Assembly (NCBI RefSeq): GCF_032062105.1
Contig: NW_026924048.1
Location: 1-64,000 of the forward strand
Direction: 5' to 3'
From: Saccostrea cucullata
Lineage: Eukaryota
DNA: 64,000 bases
In this document: in pieces, positions 24,995 through 36,145 of the stretch
Layout of the letters: each line of letters starts with the position of its first letter
Position numbering within the stretch: the first letter of the stretch is position 1
Translations under genes and position numbers: made by a program
Notes under the pieces: generated by a model
Told to the model about the DNA's origin: nothing
The model's input: only the letters and a program-made list of their open reading frames with translations
The model's database searches: none

Positions 24995-27462
24995 GAGACT
25001 TCTAATGCAATAATGTATCAGATACATAATAAAATTACACATGTGACAAAGTCACAGATGAACATGTAATTTGGGATAGTTTAGTAATGTACTGAAAAAG
25101 TTTTGAACAAAATTTTATTTGTTTAGCTTAATTAACAATGACGAATGAATTCAAGTCCTGCTGCTAGTTATATGATGATATCTTTTATAATGAATTCCTA
25201 TTTACGTGGGTTCATACATGAAATTTAGTAACATCTCGAAAAAATTCTCTAAATGCAAATGTGTTTGATCGTGATGCAAAGGATGAACGAAAAACATTGA
25301 ATTACACATGATTTATTTTCTGCGAAATTTTTATCTTTTAGTTTTCAGTGATCAATTGTAAAATATTAGAATTTAGTTCTTCTTACTTTTTACACATTTT
25401 TTCATCATTTGAGGCATTCTAATTCATATACCTATATACACTGCAATAGTTTATACTTTCCGTCCAGTTGTCCTATGGTAGACTTTCCTAGGGGCTTTGA
25501 AAAATAACATAAGGTAGTCAAGTAAACAAAAATTTGAGGTGGCTCAAGTCATATAAAAATGAAAATAGATTGGTAATAAAAGTTGTGTCCATAATAATTA
25601 TCCTACATAACTTTGCTATTAATTTCTATGCTTGTTTGACGCATAACAGAATATTCTGATTTTTATCTGAATTATTATTCTGTCAGAGGCAATTAGAGAA
25701 AACTGAAACTTGACACGAGTACAACATATTCAAAATATTGCTGTAATATTTTAAAACAATATATTAAATAAATGGGATCGATACATTTAATAAAATCAGA
25801 ATTATAATGATCCATTTTTACCAAGAAGAATAGGGTTAAATATCAAGAAAGTTTTCATTGAAATCTTTACTTTGAAATGAATTATGAATGCTGAGTAACA
25901 GTCTAAAAGGTATTACAGTAATTACACAATTCATTGGTTTCTCAATTAAAACATCTTTTGACAAAATTCATATTCATGCATTAACTGTTGAATGTGCGTG
26001 AAGTATAAAACGATTTTAATGCCTCTATAATCAAAGATTCAGCAGTAAATTGTTTTTGCCTGTCCGATCCTCTATCTGTCTCGCTGTACATCTGTTTGCA
26101 AACTTTATCCTTTACTATAACTTAAATTGATTAGGGAATGGTTTTCATATTTGATATGGGTATTCCTTGTGAAAAGACCTTTCATGGCACCTGATCCCAC
26201 CTCTGATGTTTCGAAAGTCCGTGTTTGCTCTGCTCCTATTTTGTATTGTTTTATGGACTATGATATTGAATACTGTTCGTTATCTCCATATTCTTCCTTC
26301 ATTGGAAACCAATTTGTTGAACTCTTGAGCTTACGTTTAGGCATGTTTCACTTTTGAAACAAATAATGATAATCTGAGCACTAATTTTTGAAGTTACATG
26401 TCCTTTTCCTGGATATAAGTACTTGTATATTTATGTATTGGGCCCGAATCTTTTTTAAAATTATTACCCTTGACTATAGCTTTTAAATATGGAGGGTAAT
26501 TGTGTTAAAAAATCCAGACGTGAAAGTTTGTAAATCATACATGCATCTTTTCAGCTTGTTAATCAAAACTTGTAATCGTATGAGTTTCATATTCAGTACA
26601 TGTATATACGAGGATAAGTAGGTAATTCAGATATCCAAACATGTAGATCCGAACGTACAACTGTGCAATCATGTTTCCTATGTGTTCATATTATGAATGT
26701 GTTTATCTTTAATATTGTAAACTTTGTTTTCCGGAATTTTTATTTCGAGCTCTGACTAAAATACAAAAACAGTTCACATCTCTAAAAATGTCAAGTCTAT
26801 TCATTTGTCGAATTTTGATTATGAGAAACTATGGAGGGGAATCAGTGCCACAATTCTTTTCTAAAATTCTTATCTGTTTTTCATATTAAAACTTTTTTTA
26901 ACTTTTCCACATTAGATAAATTCCAAAGACTTCATTTTTTTCTTTCTTATATTTAAACTAAATAAACTAGTTAAACTCGAATGTTTGGAATCTTTCTTAA
27001 ACTTTTTAGTACTTTTTGACGGTTGATGTATTTATTGACACATTTGATTTATTTCTCTGTTTGACAACAGTTTTATATCTTGATGTTTTAATTGGATGGC
27101 ACTTTATCCACCTCCGATGATTTGGAGGCCTTTGATTGCTCCGCTCCTATTTTGTAATGTTAAGTGGACTTTTGAGCTCAGATACTGCTCGTTATATCCG
27201 CATATTTCATTCAAAAACTTTAACTATAATTATATTTGAACCATTTCTCGGGAATCAGTATTTCATAAAAACATATCGTAAGTACTATTTTTCTATGTAA
27301 TGAAATTTCAGGACCTGATAGTATATGATTCCTGATGTCATTAAGCAAGGACTTTGCAAAACGTGATTAGAATGAAAATAATCTGAAATGAGTGATGGTT
27401 ACATGCATTAGGACAGGAGTTCGATTTCATAATGAAAAAAATACTAAAGTTCTTTCAATATA

Positions 27463-27666
27463 CTGTAGACGTACTTTATTCTGCGGGGTCATAATTCCAC
27501 GGAATCTCAATTTCTGTTTAATCCGCGGGTAAAACATTAGGCGGATTTTCTAGATTGTCACTAAATTCCTTACATTATATGAAGTGCGCTTAGAAAAATT
27601 TTCGCGGAAAATTTGTGACCGTGTACATAGCGTAGATTAATACCACGCGGAAAAGTACTTCTACAG
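27463..27666. mobile_element. TA-flanked MITE (CTGTA...TACAG)
   Basis: CTGTAGACGTACTTT / AAAGTACTTCTACAG termini, TA both sides, internal CGCGG repeats. Confidence 0.75.
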
Positions 27667-28448
27667 TATTCAGTTTGCTTTTCGGTTTCCTATTGCTTTT
27701 TCTTTCCTATATCAAAATTTAAAGTGTTCAAGTAAAGATTGTTTACAAAGCATGTTATACTTTTCTAAAAAAAAAAATCACCTACAATATTATACATTCA
27801 TGGACTCTTCGGGTGTCGAATAGGGTTTGTTATGCACCAGAAAAATATTTCATTTTCCTCTGTGATAATTCTTTGTAAGTTAATGGAGTTGATTTCTTGA
27901 TAATTCTACCGGAATGTAAATTTGGCAACTCAATAGCTTAAGAGTAAAGGAGGCCTAATATGAATGTAAACCTCATGCGCATCTGTCTATACGTTAGACT
28001 TTAGTTGGCGAAGACTATAGATAATTGTCAGTAGACCCAAATAAACAAGAGTTATTTCCCATTGACCTCAATTTTGGTGGTTAATCTGGTAATTTTCCCT
28101 TTTTGTCCTACCAAATATAAGAGGGTGTAGCAGAAATATATGGGTGAAAATCTTTCTGGAATAAAAATTACGAAATGCAGGAGGCTCTAACAAATGTATA
28201 ATTTTAAGAAAAAACAATGTTTCCCACCCCCACGATTTCCAGTTTGAAAATTTAAAGTTGGTTGAATAATGAAGGAATATGAGCATATTGAACCGAAATA
28301 TGACAGCCAACGGAAAATAACTCTTGTTAATTTGGGTCTCATGAAAACTATCTATCAGAATTGGCATGGGAGTCCCCGTGTAATTTAAATCTATTAGTCT
28401 ACAATTTTAAAATATAAATCTACAATTTTATTTCACAACGAAATAGAA

Positions 28449-28615
28449 ATATAAGGAATCTCTGTCTAGATAGTATAGTAAGCCAGGGACATCAACGATA
28501 CTAGTATTGGAAAACGTGGAATAATTTATGCCCCTTATGCAAATTATCCCACGTATCTCACTATTGTTGATGCCCTGGCATACTATACTAACTAGAGAGT
28601 GATTCCATAAGTATA
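28449..28615. repeat. Imperfect ~165-bp palindrome centred near 28533
   Basis: GGAATC..CTAGATAGTATAGTAAGCCAGGG..ATCAAC..ACGTGGAATAATTT pairs with AAATTATCCCACGT..GTTGAT..CCCTGGCATACTATACTAACTAG..GATTCC. Confidence 0.8.
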
Positions 28616-29495
28616 GCACTAAAACCAACAACACTGTATATCCTAAAAGTCGGATGTACTAAGTAGATACAAGATCATGGATGGAAATTTATATAAAGAA
28701 TGAAAATGTCCAATGACAGGAAAATTGTACAATGTTTGGGACGACCTGTCCCTTTCCCAAGGACAAAGGAAAAAAGTTAAGAAGTCATAAAAACAAAGGG
28801 AAAAAAAGAAGAGAAAACAAAAGCATAACTATTTACACTAAATATTTGCAATGTGAAATGTTGTGTTTGAAGTTTCTGATCAGACTCGCAGAAAAAGAAA
28901 TCCGGATCGCAAGAAAAATGCGCCCGTTCTATCGGGTGTACTCAGGCGAAGTCATTTAAGAAGTAAACAAAAATGTTAAAAATTCTCTGGGAAATGAACT
29001 TTTAGTTGGTGACAAGATCAAATCCTGTGAAGCCCGAAGGGCTTCTCAGTAGATTTGATAACGTACCAACTAAAAGTTCATTTCCTAGTGAACTTTGTAA
29101 CATTGTTGTTTATCACTTATATTTAGACGAATAAATTTCAAGTAAAACTGCATTTATTACACGAACGGGACGCCGTATTGCTATGTTGTGACGCGCAATG
29201 ACCTAGAAGTTATTAGTTCACTCGCTCATTTGAATGTTTACATTCATGTTTAGAAGTCTAGTTAAGGAAATATCTGTATACTTAAAGTGAAAGAACAATG
29301 ATCGCTGCTGTGAATAATCTTAATATATATTTTAAAAGTTCTGAAAATATTTGAATTCAAAAGTGGTGGTACATGTATCGGCAGTTTTAGTTTACATAAC
29401 CCCGAAGGAATTTCGGGTTAAAAAGGTAAGTGCTGTTAGGGGCCTTACGTGTTACTATTCAAAACTTTATTCACACCGAAAGAAGGTTTAAAATT

Positions 29496-30574
29496 TGTAA
29501 CAGGGGGTTGTGATGAAGAACAACACGTACTCCTCTGTCAGGGTTCAGGTCATATATTTATTCGACACAGTGAGCATAACAAATGTTAATGTTAACAGCC
29601 CTGAAATATAATAAAACAACAATATAATAACACATCAAATCAATCCTATTAATCATCTATACATGTAGCTCTCATAGTAACATATTCATATTGATATATT
29701 ATAGATGATACAGATATATGTACATTTACTCTCAATTAAGGGAGATAACTCTTATAGTCAATATATGGACATTACATATTTTCTCCCATATAAAGGCATA
29801 AAAAATAGTACTAATTAAAACAAATAATTCCTCACCATTCTGTGGGAAAAGGCTTCCACAATGATATGGTGGTAACCGCTTTAATTAACATGTATATGGA
29901 CTCTGTAATTTAATACAGTATACATTAAAATATATATTCCTTTAAAATAAAATCATCTTTTCACTTTGAACAAAGTTACCAAATATCTGGGTCATAAAAA
30001 TATATGGTGTAACTTGAATATAACAATTTACACTTATAATATAATACATTACTGATCTTTATAATCAATAATTCCAATCATAAAAATAACATCTTTCTCT
30101 CATGGTCATGACATTCAATTAATATGAAGTGAAATTGGGATCTTTAATAAATGCAGATCTATGGAATAGACATATTACTTGACAATTAGTAATAAGGAAA
30201 GTTAGTACTTACCAGAAAATGGAATTTGTCAGTCTCCAAAAGTCAGTCATGGAGTCCATAAAAACTCAGTCTTGGTCATTAACTCAACAAGACAAAGAAT
30301 GAATATTTTGGCGGTAAAACCAATGACCATAAGAATAAAACCAATGAAAATCAACTTGACAACCAAACTACCAATAAGAACCAATAACACTCCAAAACCT
30401 TTGAACTGCCCTAAGGTAACTAATTATCTATATACAGGTGTACAGGTAAAGGGCTAAGGATATAAAGGAGCAGATCAAGCTTTTTATACTTTTATCTATT
30501 CTGGTAGTTTAATTTATTTACATTAAATTTAAAACACTTATTTATTATATACGCATATTATACACACTACTACA
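29496..30574 (-). repeat. Gypsy 3' LTR (1079 bp)
   Basis: TGTAACAGG...CTACTACA; over 99% identical to the other two LTRs. Confidence 0.97.
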
Positions 30575-30584
30575 ACCTCCCCCT
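30575..30584 (-). other. Polypurine tract, left unit
   Basis: AGGGGGAGGT on the minus strand immediately before the LTR. Confidence 0.85.
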
Positions 30585-30677
30585 GGTTGCAGAATGACGT
30601 CCGCGTCATTCAACAGTGAGGTTTACGCCATAAAAAGTACGGATATCTACAATGATACTAAAATACATACCTGGGTA

Positions 30678-33600
30678 TTACTGAGATGATGACACAATAT
30701 TTAAAAGAGCTATCTGGCACAAATTAGAGTCTACACTCTGTAAAAGACCATCTTTCATCATCTCTTTCAAAAAGTTGGCTCTACGTAACCAATCTGGTTC
30801 TGCTTTACCTTGCGTCATCATCACGTAATCTTTCGTCCAATCTGGGACCTTTCTTTGCCTTGTCGACTGCCGTGGAGCAGGAACTGGGGTGTCTTGCAAG
30901 GGTTCATCTTCATCTATGGAAGGCTCATCATCTTGCTCAACCACTTCATCTTCTTCTACGATCTGAACTTCTTCAACTTGATCATCATCACCTTCAGGCT
31001 GATTGGCAGGCTCCTGCTGCTGAAGAGCGTCCTCTTCTGAATCAGGTGCTGAAGCTTCTCCGGCCGAAGACAGGTCGTCACCCTCTTGACTTGAGGTCTC
31101 TGGTGGTGAATTCTTGGACACTATAGGGTTACCTATAAATGAAAATTCACTCTCAGAATCTGAAATACAAAAAGAATCTTTTGTATTAATATCTTCAGGT
31201 TCATCTCTTTTATCTGCCTTCCTTCTTTGTCTAGGTTTGGGTACTGGAGGTGAGGATATAAACTTGGATCCTATTGGCAATAGTAGGTTACGATGTAGAA
31301 CTCTACAACGTCCTTCGCCATCCTCTCGTCTCACCTTGAAAACAGGAATGTTCTTGTTTGGTTGGGATAGGATTTCATAAGGCACATCTTCCCACTTGTC
31401 TGAGATTTTGTGTTTTCCGTCGTAGGCTACAATCTTCACGAGCACTCTATCCCCAACATTCAGTATAGCTGCTCTGGCCCTAATGTCATAATTGGACTTC
31501 TGTCTTTGCTGAGAGGACTTTATTGCTGTTTCCGCTTGCTTATACGCAACTTGCAATCTTTTCCTCATCTCAGCAATATACTTGGTGGTACACTTGTCAT
31601 CATCATAGGATCTAGACAGTCCAAAAATAACATCAACAGGCAGCTTCGGTTCTCTACCGAACATCAGGAAGAATGGTGTAAATCCTGTTGTGTCATTGAC
31701 GGTAGAGTTGTATGCATGTACCAGGCTATTGATGTGTCGCTTCCAATCTGCTTTCTGGGAATTCTCTAAAGTTCTTAACATGGACAACAAGGTTCTGTTA
31801 AATCTCTCTGTTATTCCATTTCCCATTGGATGGTATGGAGTGGTCCTGGACTTGGAAATGCCTAAAAGTAAACATAATTCTTTAATAATATTGCTACAAA
31901 AATTTGTACCTTGATCAGAGTGTAATTTCTCAGGAATTCCATAATGAATGATGAAATTGTTGAAAATGGCTTCTGCTGTCGTCCTAGCTGTTTGGTTCTT
32001 TGTTGGAACTGCAATGGAAAATTGAGTAAAATGATCTGTAATAACTAAAATATTCTGAATGCCTCCTTTTGATGGTTCCAAAGTAAGGTAGTCCATGCAT
32101 ACTAACTCTAACGGCTGAGATGTAGTGATGTTAACTAGTTCTGTCTTCTCAGCTGGCCTCTTACTCTTGGTGCATCTCTCACAATTCTCAATCCAAGTTG
32201 TGACATCCTTCTGCATTCTCGGCCAATAAAACCTTTGTCGTACCAATGATAAAGTCTTATCACGGCCTAGATGTCCCATCTTATTGTGGAGATACTTTAG
32301 TACTGTTGGAATAGATGAGGCTGGGATTATGTGCTGTTCAAGTGTGTTCCCCTCGTTCTTAACTTCTCGTATCAAAAATCCATCCTTTATCTTCAGTTTT
32401 GAGAAGTTCCTGTGAAAAATAAGGTCATTTTCAGTCTGGAGTAAGTTCTTTCTAGGTCGAACTCCTGTGAGAACTTGCTGCTTCCAATAAGAGATAGTAG
32501 TATCATCATCTTGGAGTGCAACAATATCAAAATGGTCTCCAGGTTCACTGACAGGTTGCATAAACTGGCATATCTCTTCATCTACACAAAGTGTCTCTGC
32601 ATAAGGTTGACCTATCTGGCATATGGCTTTGATGGATTCTGAAGAAATGGTCTCTGTTTGATTCAGTCTGGATAAGCTGTCTGCATCAATATTACTTTTA
32701 CCTGGTTTGTAAAGAATTTTGAAATTGTAACCTGCCAAAGAAGAAATCCAACGATGTCCTGTCGCGTCCAATTTCGCACTGCTTAATACGTAGGTAAGGG
32801 GATTGTTATCGGTGAAAACTGTGAATTCTTTTCCTTGGAGATAATCTGCAAACTTTTCAGTGACTGCCCATTTTAATGCCAAAAACTCGAGTTTATGTGT
32901 AGGGTAATTTTTCTCCGAGCGGCTTAATCCACGACTGGCATATGCAATAACTCTGTCCGACCCATTTTGCGTTTGGTACAATACTGCTCCCAATCCAGTT
33001 TGGCAGGCATCTGTGTGCAGCTTAAAAGGTATGCTGAAATCTGGATAAGCTAATATGGGTGGAGTTGTAAGTTTTTCTTTAAGGATGTCGAATGCCACTT
33101 GTTGCTCTTGATTCCATTTCCATTTTGGGTCTATCTTTTGCTTGCTGTTACTTCTAGGTTTCTTTCCTACAGCCATTACATCTATCAGTGGTCTAGCAAT
33201 TTTGGCAAAATCTTTAATGAATTTCCTGTAGTAGCCAGCAAAACCTAAAAACTGTCGAACCTGTTCTGCATTAATTGGTACTGGCCAGTTTTTTACCTTG
33301 GAAATTTTGTCTGGGTCTAGCTCAACCCCATCCTTGGAGACAATATGTCCCACATACTTAACCCTACTCATAAGAAAAGAACATTTTTTAGGAGAAAGTT
33401 TAAGTCCATAATCCCTAATTCGCTGAAAAACCTGTTGTAGTCGATCAAGATGTTGCCTAAAAGTTGAAGAAAATATAATTAGATCGTCTAAGTAAATAAA
33501 ACAAATTTTGAGGTGAAGGTCTCCTAAACATTCTTCTTGTAGCCGTTGGTAGGTGGCTGGGGCGTTCGCTAAACCAAAACTCATCTTGTTGAATTCGTAG

Positions 33601-35051
33601 AAACCTAGGGGTCCCACTGTGAATGCAGTTCTCTCTTTATGATGTTCCTCAATCTCGATCTGGTGGTAGCTGGACTTCATGTCAAGGACACTGAAGTAAG
33701 TATTACCGGATAGGGAATCCAAGATTTCTTCAATCCTCGGTAGTGCATAATTGTCCTTTATGGTCCTTGCATTAAGTTGTCTGTAGTCAACGCAGAGGCG
33801 TAGTGAGCCATCACTTTTGCGGACTAACACCACATTCGATGAAAAGGGAGAATGGGATGGTCTTATTATCCCTGCAGCCAACAGATCTTTAATATGGGAC
33901 CGCACTTCCTCTATCATGGCTGGTGGTACTCTACGATATTTCTGCTTAAATGGTGTCTCATCAGATAATTCAATGCGGTGCTTTACTTTATCCGTTGTCC
34001 CTATATCTGTATCACCAGTAGAAAAGATGTCTTGATAGGATTCTATTAAGTCTCTGCAAGCCTGTTTCTCTTCTTCAGTAATGTCGTCTGGTAAATGGAT
34101 CTTACTTAGTATCCTCTCCAACTCAGGTGATGATGCTGGTTCACTCTTGGAAAATTTACCAGTATCCTCTATGACTACAGGCTGGATCTCACATATGATG
34201 GCTTTAGGTGAAATGGAAATGGTTCTCGTAGTGATATTGCTGATGGTGACAGGCAACAGCTGATGTTCGTCATACATGTACTGGTGTAGTGTTGCCTCTA
34301 TATCAACATCATCTGGTATGCATGATCTTGAAGACTGGTGCATCATAACAGTAACTTGCTGATATGGAATCTTCTTATCAACATATCCTGTGATGGTGGT
34401 GTTACTGTTTGGTGGAATCACGATTCTTGTTGTTTCTGCACTTTTCACCAGTCCTAAGGCATATCCATTTTTCTGTAAGTCTCTTTCTCTAAGTACTATA
34501 CTACGGAAGGCTAAGTACCATGGTGTCTGGATAGCAACTTCCTGTAAAAATCTCGAACCATGTTCCTCTCTCGTGACATCAATAAGACTCTGTAAGATGT
34601 TTGTCCCTATGAGAACAGGTACATGGGAGTTGTAAGTACTATTGGGTACAATCAGAAAAAAGCAGTCATGTAATTGGTCTAATCCAGGGATGCCGAATGG
34701 TGTCAGGTTAACACTGACATATCCGAGGTAAGGCATGAGTTGTCCATCCGCACATTCTATTCTTATGGCTTCTTCTATTGGATGTAACTCCGCATCTCTA
34801 CTTAAATTCTGGTAATAAAAAGCTTCACTGATGGTCGAGACTGTAGCTCCTGTGTCAATAAGTGCGGTACATATTACATCATTGATGGACACTCTAATCT
34901 CATTTGATGATCCGATTATTGGAACTTTGGGACTCCTTGTTCGCTTGCCAACCCCTTGTCCCCAGACGCTGGCTTCTTGGAGTTTAAATGAGCCCTTCTG
35001 TGATCCATTCGAACTCGGCATCCAATGGCTATGTGACCCTTCTGTCCACAT
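30678..35051 (-). CDS. pol: Gypsy Pol polyprotein, left unit (entered by -1 frameshift near 34985)
   Basis: Protease ALIDTGA; RT LDMKSSYHQ and YLDD; RNase H TDAC, EFLA, TDNN; integrase HNKMGH..CERC with D,D(35)E core; acidic C-terminal tail. Confidence 0.97.
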   Translation of the reverse strand: MWTEGSHSHWMPSSNGSQKGSFKLQEASVWGQGVGKRTRSPKVPIIGSSNEIRVSINDVICTALIDTGATVSTISEAFYYQNLSRDAELHPIEEAIRIECADGQLMPYLGYVSVNLTPFGIPGLDQLHDCFFLIVPNSTYNSHVPVLIGTNILQSLIDVTREEHGSRFLQEVAIQTPWYLAFRSIVLRERDLQKNGYALGLVKSAETTRIVIPPNSNTTITGYVDKKIPYQQVTVMMHQSSRSCIPDDVDIEATLHQYMYDEHQLLPVTISNITTRTISISPKAIICEIQPVVIEDTGKFSKSEPASSPELERILSKIHLPDDITEEEKQACRDLIESYQDIFSTGDTDIGTTDKVKHRIELSDETPFKQKYRRVPPAMIEEVRSHIKDLLAAGIIRPSHSPFSSNVVLVRKSDGSLRLCVDYRQLNARTIKDNYALPRIEEILDSLSGNTYFSVLDMKSSYHQIEIEEHHKERTAFTVGPLGFYEFNKMSFGLANAPATYQRLQEECLGDLHLKICFIYLDDLIIFSSTFRQHLDRLQQVFQRIRDYGLKLSPKKCSFLMSRVKYVGHIVSKDGVELDPDKISKVKNWPVPINAEQVRQFLGFAGYYRKFIKDFAKIARPLIDVMAVGKKPRSNSKQKIDPKWKWNQEQQVAFDILKEKLTTPPILAYPDFSIPFKLHTDACQTGLGAVLYQTQNGSDRVIAYASRGLSRSEKNYPTHKLEFLALKWAVTEKFADYLQGKEFTVFTDNNPLTYVLSSAKLDATGHRWISSLAGYNFKILYKPGKSNIDADSLSRLNQTETISSESIKAICQIGQPYAETLCVDEEICQFMQPVSEPGDHFDIVALQDDDTTISYWKQQVLTGVRPRKNLLQTENDLIFHRNFSKLKIKDGFLIREVKNEGNTLEQHIIPASSIPTVLKYLHNKMGHLGRDKTLSLVRQRFYWPRMQKDVTTWIENCERCTKSKRPAEKTELVNITTSQPLELVCMDYLTLEPSKGGIQNILVITDHFTQFSIAVPTKNQTARTTAEAIFNNFIIHYGIPEKLHSDQGTNFCSNIIKELCLLLGISKSRTTPYHPMGNGITERFNRTLLSMLRTLENSQKADWKRHINSLVHAYNSTVNDTTGFTPFFLMFGREPKLPVDVIFGLSRSYDDDKCTTKYIAEMRKRLQVAYKQAETAIKSSQQRQKSNYDIRARAAILNVGDRVLVKIVAYDGKHKISDKWEDVPYEILSQPNKNIPVFKVRREDGEGRCRVLHRNLLLPIGSKFISSPPVPKPRQRRKADKRDEPEDINTKDSFCISDSESEFSFIGNPIVSKNSPPETSSQEGDDLSSAGEASAPDSEEDALQQQEPANQPEGDDDQVEEVQIVEEDEVVEQDDEPSIDEDEPLQDTPVPAPRQSTRQRKVPDWTKDYVMMTQGKAEPDWLRRANFLKEMMKDGLLQSVDSNLCQIALLNIVSSSQ

Positions 35052-36145
35052 TTATAACAGGTAGGGGCTTCATACTCGTACCTCGGTGTGTCTGACACAA
35101 CATCTGACTGAGGCATCCTAACTGACTGACTAGGAAATCCTCTATAACTTCCTCGTCTTCTTCCTCGTTGGAAGGACGGCCTTACTGGTCTGTACTGCTG
35201 AGGCATCTGTGGGTTGTAGCTATAACCGTAGTGTTGCTTCATTCCCCTAACCTCACTACTCAGTTGTTGAATCTGTGCTTCAAGAGATTCAAAGCTCTTT
35301 GTTGACGGATCCACAGGGACTGCTGACTTTACAGTTGGTAGCTTCTTTTTCTCACTGGGTGGCTGATGCTCCAATTCCACCTTCCTAACTGCAGCTCTTA
35401 AACTGTCAAATGTAAGGCACTTGTCATATAAATGACCACAAATGTCCTTCAATGTTGGGCGTAGTCCTTTAAAGAACATGGTACGCAGCATTTGTTGGGA
35501 TTCATGGTATCCAACTAATCCTTTCTGTTGTGCTTTACTGATTATATCCTCTAAGCGACAACTCCATCTAGCACACTCTTCGTCCTCTTTCTGATGGGCA
35601 CTACAAAATTCTGCTAAGATGTCCTCTTTCTCAGACACGGTTCCATATATGCTGTCGAGTTTGTTGATAATAGCCTCAATGGAAGCTCCTGGGCCAAGAT
35701 GCATAACGACTCGACTTGCCTCTCCTTTCAGAGAACGTCGTATGGCATGATGAATAGCTTCTGGCTTGCACGACTCTCTAAGCAGGCACTCAACCTCGTA
35801 TTTCCATACGTCATAGGATGTGTCAGTCTTGGTGTTTCCAGAGAAGAAGGAAATCTTTGGATAATGAAAGTTGACAACGGATTTCGATTCTGCTGTGGTA
35901 GGAGTAACATCATGATGCTCCATTTTCACTTCCGTTGGCTTAGTCATGGATTCCATCCACTGCAAGAAATCTTGTGGAGTGTCGGCTTTCGGCTTCATCT
36001 TCATTGATGCTAGCGCGTCTACAATGTTGTTCACTTCCGTCTGCGTAAAGGTTACTTCCTCTTGCTGTGTTGTTTCTGTTGTCTCCTTGGTGTTCGACAT
36101 GATGATGAATGTGATAGTAAACAGTAAACAATAAACTAAGTTCAT
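34916..36145 (-). CDS. gag: Gypsy Gag, PNMA-like capsid plus CCHC zinc knuckle, left unit (probable start ATG 36100)
   Basis: PKISFFSG...YDVWKYEV...IRRSLKGEA...KLDSIYG; CYKCGQKGHIAIGC. Confidence 0.95.
   Translation of the reverse strand: MNLVYCLLFTITFIIMSNTKETTETTQQEEVTFTQTEVNNIVDALASMKMKPKADTPQDFLQWMESMTKPTEVKMEHHDVTPTTAESKSVVNFHYPKISFFSGNTKTDTSYDVWKYEVECLLRESCKPEAIHHAIRRSLKGEASRVVMHLGPGASIEAIINKLDSIYGTVSEKEDILAEFCSAHQKEDEECARWSCRLEDIISKAQQKGLVGYHESQQMLRTMFFKGLRPTLKDICGHLYDKCLTFDSLRAAVRKVELEHQPPSEKKKLPTVKSAVPVDPSTKSFESLEAQIQQLSSEVRGMKQHYGYSYNPQMPQQYRPVRPSFQRGRRRGSYRGFPSQSVRMPQSDVVSDTPRYEYEAPTCYKCGQKGHIAIGCRVRMDHRRAHLNSKKPASGDKGLASEQGVPKFQ
34925..34988 (-). promoter_or_regulatory. -1 ribosomal frameshift signal, left unit
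   Basis: Heptamer T TTA AAC (34988-34982) in the gag frame leads into pol K-L-Q-E; downstream GCCAGC/GTTGGC stem whose loop GGGAC can pair with a later GTCCC. Confidence 0.85.

Noticed and set aside
30272-30457. 61-aa ORF repeated three times (also 38422 and 46572)
   Set aside because: Lies within the LTRs, antisense, low-complexity ACCAA-rich, non-ATG start; repetition just reflects LTR identity.
30585-30677. env-like third ORF
   Set aside because: Only about 90 bp lie between the pol stop and the PPT.
35874-35915. Diversity-generating-retroelement style template/variable repeat pair
   Set aside because: Substitutions are not adenine-specific, 4 of 10 are synonymous, and the RT is an ordinary Gypsy RT.
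30810-36134. Many short plus-strand ORFs over gag and pol (mirrored at 38960-44284)
   Set aside because: Antisense shadows of the long coding frames with no recognisable domains.
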